Assembly (NCBI RefSeq): GCF_006345805.1
Contig: NC_043011.1
Coordinates: 57,610,464-57,674,463, forward strand
From: Octopus sinensis
Lineage: Eukaryota
Direction: 5' to 3'
DNA: 64,000 nucleotides
Shown here in pieces: positions 52,731-64,000 of this stretch. A model generated the notes under the pieces. That model saw nothing but the letters and a program-made list of their open reading frames with translations. It made no database searches and was not told the origin of the DNA. The first letter of the stretch is position 1. Each line of letters opens with the position of its first letter. The translations under genes were made by a program, and so were the position numbers.

Positions 52731-53558
52731 TCACACATAATGGCAAAACAAACGCATATATGAAGGCCCGTCTCTGTTTTTATGGGATATTTGACTGCTT
52801 TATTCTCCCTAGAATAACAGAATTACAACCCTTTCTCCACCACCGCCGACGCCACCACCACCACCACCACCACCACCACCACCACATCACTTATATATGG
52901 AAAGAGGAAATATTGAGATTCAGCTTCGAGATAATGATTATGATATATTGAAATTGCTGAGTGATTCCATCGTTTCTGTCGTCTAGTAATTTTATTACAG
53001 TTATGGACCACCGTTCTATCAAGTTTCTCTCTCTTGGTTAGTTATTTCAGGAAATCATAAACGAGGACGAATGAAATAAGTTCAAGGGAGATAAAAATAT
53101 ATTGATTTTCCCATGTTTCAGCTTCAAAGCGGCGATTGTTTATTTTAGAGCAGAACGTGTAAAATTTTGATGGTGACTTTGAAAGAATATCTAAAAACAT
53201 AAATCGGTTTCGGCCTGAAGAAGATACTAGAAATATGATAAAGGATATAAAGTCATAATGTTCCCAACTTCTACTTGTTTCATTTATTGGACTGAAGCCA
53301 TGTTCAGGCGCCGACCTGAAGTGGCTACACTCGAATATTCAATTTCGGTGCATATTATAGTTGTCTCTTGTGTTGAACCTCTAAGTCACGAGGACGTAAA
53401 CAAACCAAGAGCGGTTGTCAAATGGTGAGTAGACAACCACAAATGCAAAGACACATGCACACATTTATATAATACATACATATATATAATACATATATAT
53501 GCGTATATAATACATATGCATACATATATATGTACATATGAATGTGTGTGTGTGTATG

Positions 53559-53621
<63 letters not shown>

Positions 53622-53858
53622 TACATACACACAACTCCTGTATTTCATTGAACCAGGAGGGATAAATTGTAAAGTTGACTACCATAGGATTTGAACTCAA
53701 AACATAAAGTATCGGAACAGGTTATGTTTGTCATTGCATCACTATAACGATTTTGCCAGCTTGTCGCCATCATGTACATACATGCATACATACATACATA
53801 CACATACATACACATACATACACATACATACACACACATACATATATATGTGTGTATA

Positions 53859-53891
<33 letters not shown>

Positions 53892-53911
53892 GTATGTGTG
53901 TGTGTAGGTAA

Positions 53912-53942
<31 letters not shown>

Positions 53943-54087
53943 GTGGGAGAGAGATAGGTTTGATAGATAGAGCGAGAGAAAGAAAAAGAGAGGGAGAGGG
54001 AGAGGGAGAGAAAGAGTGAGTGAGTGAGAGAGAGAGAGGAGAGAGAAAGAAAGCTAAATAGCTCTCCACTGATTTGAACTTCGTCGC

Positions 54088-54419
54088 GACCCTCTTCCGT
54101 CATGAATGACCATGGGATTTCACCTGCAAAGTGACCCTCCGAGGCACAAGTCTGGGCAAAGTTGTTTATGGAAGGCCAGCAGTCGCCCATGTATACCACC
54201 TTTCTCTTTCCACGCCACTGATGTTATCCAAGGGAAAGGCAAAGGGGCCGATACAGCTTGGCACCAGTGATGTCGGAACTCATTTCTACAGCTGAGTGAA
54301 CTGAAGCAACGTGAAATAAAGTGTCTTGCTCAAGAACACAACACTCAGCCTGGTCTGGGAATTGAACTCACAACCTTACGATCATGAGCTCGACGCTCTA
54401 ACCACTGAGCCACGCGCCT
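54088..54419 (-). mobile_element. tRNA-derived CORE-like SINE family B
   Basis: Reverse-complement homologue of 41669-41998. Confidence 0.85.
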
Positions 54420-54529
54420 TCACTCCAAAATATTTACGGAGGAGTAAGTCCGCGAGTTAAATTGTGGCTAAAAGAAGAATCCAGGTGAGGTTAATTGCAT
54501 GATTATCTGTGTGTGTGTGTACGTATGTG

Positions 54530-54592
<63 letters not shown>

Positions 54593-56599
54593 TGCATAAC
54601 AGATAATGATACCATTAACCCTCAGTGGCCGTTGTGAATGTATCACGTTATCGCGTGTTCAATTAGCTTACATTGTTACATTCAGCTTTTCCCATCGTAG
54701 ATGTAACTTAGAAAAGTATGGCTTCCACCAACCTAACTTCGTCTACATACATTACAGAATGACTACATATTGTATTGCAATGTCCTTTAAGGGTATTTGC
54801 TTTGCTGTTGTCACTGTTTATGCCTAGGATACCCTTGATCGAAACGCCTTGTGAACAAAGAAATTTTTTAATATATTTCTATATCTAGCAATAGATTTGC
54901 TAATGAGATATTCATTTAACATAGTAGGAGTGATTTGAGGGAGTTCCAGTTGTTACTGAAAAGCTAAAGCGACAGCATGGTGGTGGTGGTGGTGGGGGGG
55001 GTGTTCATGGACTCATTTAAATAAATTTCTTAATCTTCTTAGAGCTATTACTCAGATTGATATCATGAGGAATCCCAGTGCAAATATTTCACCAAATAAT
55101 TAAAAACGATGAACCCAACAGGGCGCTTCCTGGCATTTCTAATCAGCGTCTCAAATTAGGTTACGATTTTAAAAAGTCGAACCAAATATTGGAGTGATAA
55201 ATATTCTTAACGGAAAAGATGTAAATTATGTTTACCTTATTCACCAAAGACATTTTTGAAAGTTTTTTTTTATGTATGAATAAATAGACGTATAATTTAG
55301 TATTTAATTAAGAACAGAAAGTTGATTTAATACAGGAAAATAACAGAGGAAAATATCTGATGATTCCGATCAATTTTCCCTGTGTCTTTTATAAAATAGT
55401 GAAAATTAATTTTATTGCTTGGACACTGAATCTGAAATCTGAGAATAGCCAATTAATTTTATAATTATGGCGATTTAGTAAATTTAGTTTTCCAGGTCAT
55501 TAATTGTACGAAAACAGTTATCGTTAAAACTCACGAAAATGAGCCAAGATTTGTAAACATAAGTATGGCATGGCCGAACGCTCGCCTTTTAATAGCTTCG
55601 CATGTATCAATAAAATTACGTTCATTATGGCAAAGTAACAGTATGGAATGATTGAATATTATTTAAAGATTATGTTTGACGGAGATTTCTACTGAGATTT
55701 AATTATTAAAAAATGATCGGGTTCGTATTTTAGTAAGCTCAATGACAATTCATGTTCTGTACATGTTTTCCATTGAGTTACAAAATTCTATTTAGTTTAC
55801 TAAAACTGTTTGCAAGATTATGCAACTTAATAAGACCCTCGTCTTTGGACCAATTTCGAAAGTTCTTCCAGTTATGATTTCAGCGTTGATAAGTTACATA
55901 TTATGATTTGTTTTTTTTTTATTTGAAATCGACTTCCAAGTTTGATATTTGTAATTCTTCGGGTGAAAAAACCCCCAAATATGTTTTAGACACGAGAGGT
56001 AATTTAATTGCTATTATTTCCAATAATTGTCTCTTCCAGTCCAAGAAAAATGAGTTGATATATTCGATATTTTTAATTATTCTTGAAATTAACGTTGAAA
56101 AGAAGTCCTCATATAATTCGCTAATGGTGATACTAAATGGAGTTCCCACAGAGTTGCATGTCTTAGTTTATTCGGTTTAAATGAAATGATTGATTTAAAT
56201 CCTGTTATCAACTTTGCTAAACGAATCAAACTTAATCTTCTTTATTTCATTAAATTATTAACGAAATCTTACGGCTGTGGATCGAGCACAGCAAAAGTGA
56301 AGAGTGTTTTTTTTCCTTATTCTAATCTCCTTTTCCTTAATATGTTTTTGTTTTTAAAAAGCTTCGTTTTCTCCATTAAACCAATCATTGTTTGAACGCG
56401 GTTTGCAAAGAGAGCTTTATGTCATTCAAATCGAGAAAATATCGGAAACATAATTGAACCATCCACTTGGAATCTGAAAATCTTCAATCCAAATAATGTT
56501 TTTGTTTTCAATTGAAAAAAAAAAAAAGAATCTCTACTTCAGTTCGTAACAATATGACTCACTGCAGAGTTTTCTGGCGAGATAACAGTCTTACTTTCG

Positions 56600-57111
56600 G
56601 ATTATATAGTATATGTTCATATTCATATACGAGTTGAAAAGTCAGAATCCCCAAATGTTGTCACCACGCCAAATTTGCATTTTCAGTTACGATGAGATTT
56701 TGTTCCACCAGGTTTGCAGTACGTCCCGTGAAGCTCTACAGCCCCTCCAGGACGAGGTTCGTCTTCTAGGCTGTAGTTTCCGGCTAGGTATTTCTGGAAC
56801 CACTGGTGACACTGGCTTACGCTTATTGTCCAATCCCCATATACTGCATTAATATTCCTCGCATTTTCTATTGCATTGTTGCCTTTATTGAACTCATAAA
56901 GAAAAATATGCCGAATATGCTCCTTTGTCACTTCCATTTGAAGAAATAACTATTAAAATCGAACTGCACTCTTCAAAACTTGCACCAAGAATAAGTTTAA
57001 GGTAAAATTACTACCTGCTTTTATAGCAAGTTGATGCAGGTAGTTTATCCCGCCCCCACCAACTTTTAGTTCATGAAATTGAAAAACCCTTTTATTTATG
57101 GGATGACCCAC
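56600..57111 (-). mobile_element. 5' remnant of a mariner element (HTH region)
   Basis: ORF 56683-56937 MEVTKEHIRHIFLYEFNKGNNAIENARNINAVYGD...CHQWFQKYLAGNYSLEDEPRPG. A TIR-like end ending at TA lies at about 57080-57113. Confidence 0.85.
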
Positions 57112-57425
57112 TATATATTTGGGTGTGTGTATACCTGTAAGTGTGTGCATGTATTTGTGTGTGTGTGTGTTTGCGTTTGTCCATCAAGCATCAATTGGCA
57201 GCCGATGTTGGTTATTTATGTGCCCGTAAATTAGGGTTTTGACGAAAGGAATCGCTATAATAAAAATAAAATTTTAAAATAAGGATTGGAGTGAATTTAT
57301 TCGATTAAAACTTCCAAGGCGGTGCAACATCATGTCCATGATTAAATAAGCGACTTAAATAACCGATATGTTTTCGTCAAAGTTACTAGTTTTCAAGAAA
57401 CGCAGTCTGACAAAAGATTAGTTTA

Positions 57426-58712
57426 CGAGGTGCTATCGAAAAGCTCCCGGACTTGTTATGTTTAATAAAATGTAACTTATTTACCAAACTTTTAACATCA
57501 TCTCTTTCGAAGTAGTCACCTCGCGCAGCAGTACGTTGGTGCCAGCTTTCCTGCTACTATTGGAATCCGGGCTTAATGTCGTTTTCCATAACCGAGTCGA
57601 GGCTCTGCGATTCAGTCTGGATGTCGACAACGGTGTTAGAACGATGACCAGTGGAGGCGCAATGGCCCAGTGGTTAGGGCAGCGGACTCACGGTCATAGG
57701 ATCGCGGTTTCGATTCCCAGACCGGGCGTTGTGAGTGTTTATTGAGCGAAAACACCTGAAGCTCCACGAGGCTCTGGCAGGGGTGGTGGTGATCCCTGCT
57801 GTACTCTTTCGCCACAACTTTCTCTCACTCTTACTTCTTGTTTCTGTTGTACCTGTATTTCAAAGGGCCGGCCTTGTCACTCTCTGTGTCACGCTGAATA
57901 TCCCCGAGAACTACGTTAAGGGTACATGTGTCTGTGGAGTGCTCAGCCACTTACACGTTAATTTCACGAGCAGGCTGTTCCGTTGATCGGATCAACCGGA
58001 ACCCTCATCGTCGTAACCGACGGAGTGCTTCCACAGAACGATGACCTTTGAGTTGCATTTTCATCTTGAAGAAGACATGGAAGAGTGGGTGCGAAAGCGA
58101 TACCATGTTGGTTTTGGTGAGAAGTTCACGTGTAAGGAGAGTTCGGGGACAAGGTGCATTGCCGTCGCGAAAAATCCAATTCTTCGCGCTCCACGGATCC
58201 GGTCACTTTTGGTGAATGCTCCCCCCACCCCGGACACTTCAAAACGTCGCAGTAGAACTCTCGATCGACGGCATGGCTCTGGGGAGACGAATTCTCCATG
58301 CACAATACCACATTTCCGGGGTTGACGACAGGGGCAGCTCTTCCCGATCGCTCATCCACTTCCAAGGATGTTCTTCCGCTTTTGAGGTTTCCTCGCCACT
58401 CGAAACATTGAGTACGACCCATTGCCTCGTCGCCGTAAGCTTGCCGAAGCATACTCAACGTCTCTGTAGCAGACTTCCCTAGTGTAACGCAAAATTTCTC
58501 GTTGGTTCTTTGTTCCTGTTCATGACAAAGCCGCAGACTACAGCAGACACGTGATCACAAAAACACAAATTTCACATCTTGCGAAGTACACACAGCGATG
58601 TCTCTCGGCACATTGTTTTATGAAGGTCACTGGTAGGTCTCACTGCGCACGAAACCGTGTGCTGCCATCTGTTGGTGCACTACAGAACTAGTCCGGAAAC
58701 TTTTTGATACTA
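57426..58712 (-). mobile_element. Internally deleted mariner element interrupted by a SINE
   Basis: Imperfect TIRs (TATCGAAAAGCTCCCGGAC at left; GTCCGGAAACTTTTTGATA at right). Minus KFCVTLGKSATETLSMLRQAYGDEAMGRTQCFEW...DERSGR, plus C-terminal DNAP-region remnants. Confidence 0.85.
57652..58034 (+). mobile_element. tRNA-derived SINE family D (tail type 2) with 12-bp TSD
   Basis: AGAACGATGACC at 57638-57649 and 58035-58046. Confidence 0.9.
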
Positions 58713-61700
58713 ACTGATTTGTTTCAACAGAAAATACATTACAATTGTTTGAAACACCTTTTAGCTTTTGAAACAAATAATGCTCGAAAAAAGAAAACGA
58801 TAGCTGTTTAGCAGTCTCTGTTTTCAAATACACACATTTCGACTACAAAACATTTATGTTATTCTTAAAGTAAAATCTAAAAACATATTGTTTCAGCAAT
58901 CAGTTATTTCAACAAACTACAACATACCACGTACGTGGGGTCGCCGCTTGATTTAAACTGTGCAAGAAACATTTCTGAATATGGGATATAAAAATTAAAA
59001 TTTACATATAATTACCAAGAAATTAACTGAAGCAAAGCAAGTGTAAATTAATGGCATATTTGCATAAAGGGTGGGACAGGCCCAGGTGGTTTCTTTTGTT
59101 ACGAATTCAATACTTCTATTCATAAAATCGTTTCTGTATTTCTATCCACAAAACGAGACGTTAAATTGCGGCAAGCATTTTTCGCTATTAAAAGACTGTG
59201 TACGTGTCTGACATTGTTTTTTTTTTATCGAGTTGTGTGTTTCCATTGTGCGCCCATATTTCATTCTCATTGTGTGTTTCCTTTAACGGAAGAAATCTTT
59301 TCTTTCATATTCCCATAATAACTGTTACTTCTGTCTTGAGGGTTCCATTAACTATTAATAAATTGGAAAGTATTGGTGGCAAAAGAAAAACACTCGTGTT
59401 TAAGAGTACATTAATTGAAGCATTTTATCCCTACAATGTATGGGTTTCCTTAGAATAATGGAAACCAAAAATAAATAGATTTTGAATTTTAGTATTATGA
59501 ATATTACTCGTATTATTTCATAAGTTCCATTGTTACTCTATGTCTTCAGCGCACATTCCAGTGCCGCTCTGCTTTCCTTCTAGAGGACAGCGCTCGGAGG
59601 GTGCTCTGCTGTCTTCAGTTTTCTGCTTTTTTTAATGATTTGTATTGTATTGAAATTACACGATATACAATGGATGACGCCTGTTGTATAGTTTGTATTG
59701 TAACTGTTAACTACGTGTTCCTCCCTAGATTTTGCTTCCGTTTATTAGCATTTTCTCTCACCATTCCTGTTACTGCTATTTTTATGTGAACTGATTCTGT
59801 TCGCTATATACTTGTCTTTATTGCCATATCGTTACAGACATGAATAATTATTATCCTTGTTATGGTTGCTGCAGCTTACGAAATAAAAGCATAAGCTTCA
59901 CATAAAGAACTAATTAATCATGAATTTTTCAAAAAGAGATGCGTATAATTGTGTGGATGCAACATTTCCCAGCCCCCGACATTAATATGAAAATCAAATT
60001 AGCAAAGCATCATTCATTTAATTTATTTACATAAAGCAACTTAGTTGCAACATATTGTATCAGTTATAGCCTGCCTGTCAAAATATTTGCAATTAAAATG
60101 ATACATAAATATTCCAGAGGCAACAATATTTCTGAAATTCCATTAACTTCAGTTTAATAAAAAGAAAGCCTTTCAAGAGATTTTTATATCTTTAGGAACT
60201 TATCAGTATCGTTTAATAAGCAAACTATTTAGTTAAGGCTGCCATTTTGAATTATAGTTCATCAAGATAGAGGATAGGAGATTATAAAAGATCGGAAATG
60301 TGTAAATAGTGATTTTAGACTAATATTTCAAAGAGATAAATCATTTGAAATTTCAACTGATAAATATATGTTAGGAAAATTAAGTGAAGTTAAATACAAA
60401 CTGATTTATGAGCTGTCAGCTTTAATCTATATTTTAAGTATACTTTAGGGAGAACTTAAAATATTGTAGCACATTATATTTAAATAATTATTATGAAAAA
60501 GTTGATGTTCTTGTGTTTTAGCTTGTTCTGGTGGTACTTCTTCTCTTAGATTTGTCATGTTAGTTATTTCTGATTGAACAAAGATACGTTACGGAAATAA
60601 ATGGTTGAAACTTTCGATTGATTTACAAACTGACGGCAGATTTATCGGAAAGTTAAACCTCATTTTCATTATAACTAAACAAACACCTCATTGTATAATT
60701 CATTTAGTGAGATCCTATGGTATGGATTCTTTAAGAATTGACCTTTAGCTACGAAGATGATTTTATTGTTCCAGAGCACAGAAAGGAAACCTCGGTGTCG
60801 TAATTTAATTGAACATTTTGTCAAGGCAGGATGGAAGGCAGGGCACCAACAGCTTGTTATCGAGGTTCAGGATTTCCCAGAGAAAAGAGAGAATAGATTT
60901 GCTTTTACCTCACAAGAAACAAATAAATTAATCAATAACATGACTGTTTAGAAGATAGCTTAATGCCCTTTTGGCTAAAGAGAAATGATAAATACCGCTC
61001 TATACTTGTATGGTAAAATTACCAATCACAAACACCTTAGCCAAATTAATTGCGGTAGTTGGGCAAAAGACTGCCATAGTTGTTTCTGACGACTCCAATA
61101 CACGGTGCTGAAACTATTAATGAAGCTATTGTAACTGAGAGTCTTAAGACATGCATTATTCCCCAATCCTTCCCTTTTATTTCGAGCAGCGCCCTTCGAA
61201 GACTTCCGTCATAGTTCAGTGAACACACTTTTGAGGATAATCAGCATTCAGCTGCATCGGGGGAAGAGAAATATAAGTATTTCTGTAGAAACTCGCATGC
61301 TGTGTCTGTCTTATTCTATGTATGTGGTTATATGAAGAGGATCAGTGAAACTTATAGCAAAACGAAGCACAACATCAAACCATCACAAAACACAAGTACT
61401 AAAGTTTCATTTGTAAAACAATACACAATACTTCGAGCTCCACATCCATCACACTCTTATTTTGTTTATCATTTTCAATGACATTTGTTAATAGTTTTCC
61501 AAAGGTAACATGCGTAAGCGAGGGTGTGTCATTAAGACGCTCGCTTTGCCACTGAGTGTTTACGGGTTTAGTCCCACAGAGCAGAACCCTGGACTTTTAC
61601 TGTGTGAATTTTGCCAATGGAAACTCTGAAGAAAACACATCATGTAATGAAGAGACACTTATCCATCGTTTGTTATTTCATACCACATGACATACCTCAC

Positions 61701-61931
61701 TGGAATCTCGAGCCGTCAGACAGATTGGACTATACCAAACACCGTACGACCAATACAAGGTACAGTTTAGGGATTAGCCCACAGGCTATTAAAATACTCA
61801 TAACGTTTAAATCCTCAGTAGACATAACTTGAATATTTCACCGGATGTGCTTCAGTAGCCATGATATTTATTCGACGAGAGGTACTGTTTACAAGTTAAT
61901 TTCCACCCAAACTGGTACTTATCCTTCAAAT

Positions 61932-61968
<37 letters not shown>

Positions 61969-62084
61969 CCACCCACCCACACACACACACACGCACACAC
62001 AAACACACACACACACACAGAGTCTAATCAAAACTAAGCAGGCCGGAACAATGGAATCCTGTCAACAATTTCCATTGTTAAATT

Positions 62085-62230
62085 GGGAAGTAGCTTGCTT
62101 ACCAACCACATAGTTCCGGGCTCAGTCCCACTGCGTGGCACCTAGGTCAAGTACCTTCTACTATAGCCTCAGGCCGAGCAAAGCCTTTCAAGTGGATTTA
62201 GTTGACGGAAACTGAAAGAAGCCCGTCGTA
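62085..62230 (+). mobile_element. SINE family A head/body, 5'-truncated
   Basis: Matches the family A 5' half. Confidence 0.8.
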
Positions 62231-62232
62231 TG

Positions 62233-62291
<59 letters not shown>

Positions 62292-62312
62292 GTATGTATA
62301 TATATATGTTTG

Positions 62313-62352
<40 letters not shown>

Positions 62353-62355
<3 letters not shown>

Positions 62356-62546
62356 AAGTTTACGAATAAAACAAAAGACGAAGACAGGTGGTGTACAAAA
62401 CAAACAGATGTATTAGTATAACGCTCAGGAATAGAAAAAGTGTTTTACGTTTCGAGCCTACGCTCTTCTACAGAAAGGGACACAGAAATAAACAAGGAGA
62501 GAAACAAGGAGAGAAAAAATGTGTCTAGTGGCTAACGATCTATCAT
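62353..62546 (-). mobile_element. Short Penelope pLTR-like end with an atypical hammerhead-like motif
   Basis: Minus TTT-CTGTAGA-A-GAGC-GTAG-GCTC-GAAAC-GTA-AAA at 62443-62476. Runs into (TA)n. Confidence 0.5.
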
Positions 62547-64000
62547 ATATACTTATATAAATTTATATATACATATATCAATACATATATATACACACAC
62601 GCACACATATATATAGAGAGATGGATATATTTATTGATACATTCATATATATCTATTATTAATATGAAATGAGATATATTGAGATATTTAGGAGCGGTTG
62701 TTTAAGTGTTCGGTTAATTCTTTTGTTGCGTGAGCGCCAAGGATAGAGACAAATTGTTGTTGCTTTGTTAGTGTGGCAAATGGTAATAGAACAAGTGTCT
62801 ATATCTTTAACTCTCAAAGGATCATCAAGTATTTGATATATGCATTGCCTTTTACATACTTTATATTTTTGATTCTCAAGGGAGATCAAGAACCCTAAAT
62901 GGCAATGAATATATCAAACGCTTCTGTGAATTCTCTTCAGGATTATTTATTTCTGACAAACAATATCACCATTTTCCCCTTCATTTCGGATATTTATGAA
63001 TATCTTTTCTATCTCTGCAAGAACTGGTTTTTTTTGTTGTGTGTGGTTAATATTCAGCCGTTCGTTGCGAAATAATCATTTCTTTAATATTACCGGAAGA
63101 AATTTTGATTACTTTTGAGTGAATGTATCAGTAAATAGATGAGTAATACTGTATTCGATTTTCTTAGCTGAAGCTTGACAAGTTCTTTTGATAAGCCATT
63201 CCTCATTTTGCTTTAGTAGAGTTTTGGCAATGCTGTAAATAAAAACGTTCTAAAGTAGTTGTAGAAAGCCCGAGAAAGAAATCAGTGGCTGTCAGCTCCG
63301 TGTAATAGGGAAAAACTGAATTGTAACCAATTACCATTCAACATGCAAGAATTTGGAAAAACTTTCATTTCGCTGGCATAACAAATAATGCATGAACTCC
63401 GGGTCTTTGCAAACTGGGTTCCGTTGTTGGTTAACTTGACATCGTCACTGGATATTGCTTCTAATTTTGTTATTTATTTTATATAGTAATTCTTTCATTT
63501 GATAACTAATGGCCTCTCCCTTTATATTTTAAAGTTAGGGTTACATTTCAAGAGCAAAACAATTTAATAGGATTGTGTAAGATAGTTGAAGCGTCCGTAA
63601 AATATGCGACAAAAGTGTGAATAGGCTCCAAACATTTCAAATAGGATAACACTTTTTTTTATTTTCAAATGTTTGGTGATTTGTTTTGGAAGTGCTTTTC
63701 TATTGTGGTGTGATTTCTAAAGGGTTGGTTTATAAATAAACACTGGTTTGCTAGTGACATTTCGATACCAAAACTTTGCTGTTTAAAGTGATAGAGTAGT
63801 AGCGGTGTTAATCGAAAATTTTATGCTTTGTGTGAGATGGGCATGAAACACATTATCCGAAACAAGTGCATGCATACATACATACATATGTGTGTTTGTG
63901 TGTGTATTTGTATGTGTGTGTATGTATATATATATATGTGTGTACATATATATATGCACATTTATATGTACGTGTATAAGTACGAATATATGTATATATA

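Noticed and set aside
60757-60951. 64-aa ORF with an upstream acceptor-like site
   Set aside because: No recognisable homology and no partner exons; compatible with chance.

Overview
AT-rich, microsatellite-saturated eukaryotic non-coding DNA, most consistent with a cephalopod (Octopus-like) genome; this is inferred from repeat content, not proven. No host protein-coding gene can be supported, and nearly all ORFs in the track are translations of simple repeats or transposon debris. The window holds many tRNA-derived SINEs (at least four families), fragments of Tx1/L1, R4/Dong-type (RLE), RTE and Penelope-like retroelements, Tc1, maT and mariner DNA transposon remnants, a Helitron/HINE-like element and a 100-N gap. 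Two things stand out. (1) At least six loci carry hammerhead-ribozyme or hammerhead-like motifs in short non-coding elements. Four are built as head-to-head inverted duplications, mostly abutting (TA)n. One has two tandem hammerheads about 530 nt apart (retrozyme-like), and a Penelope-like RT/GIY-YIG remnant with a twin-priming-type 5' inversion lies in the same window. (2) A roughly 1 kb broken reading frame at 12.8-13.8 kb (minus) has motif order and spacing recalling the PRNTase (mRNA capping) domain of a Mononegavirales L protein, making it a candidate endogenous RNA-virus fossil. All family assignments come from by-eye motif recognition and need database confirmation.
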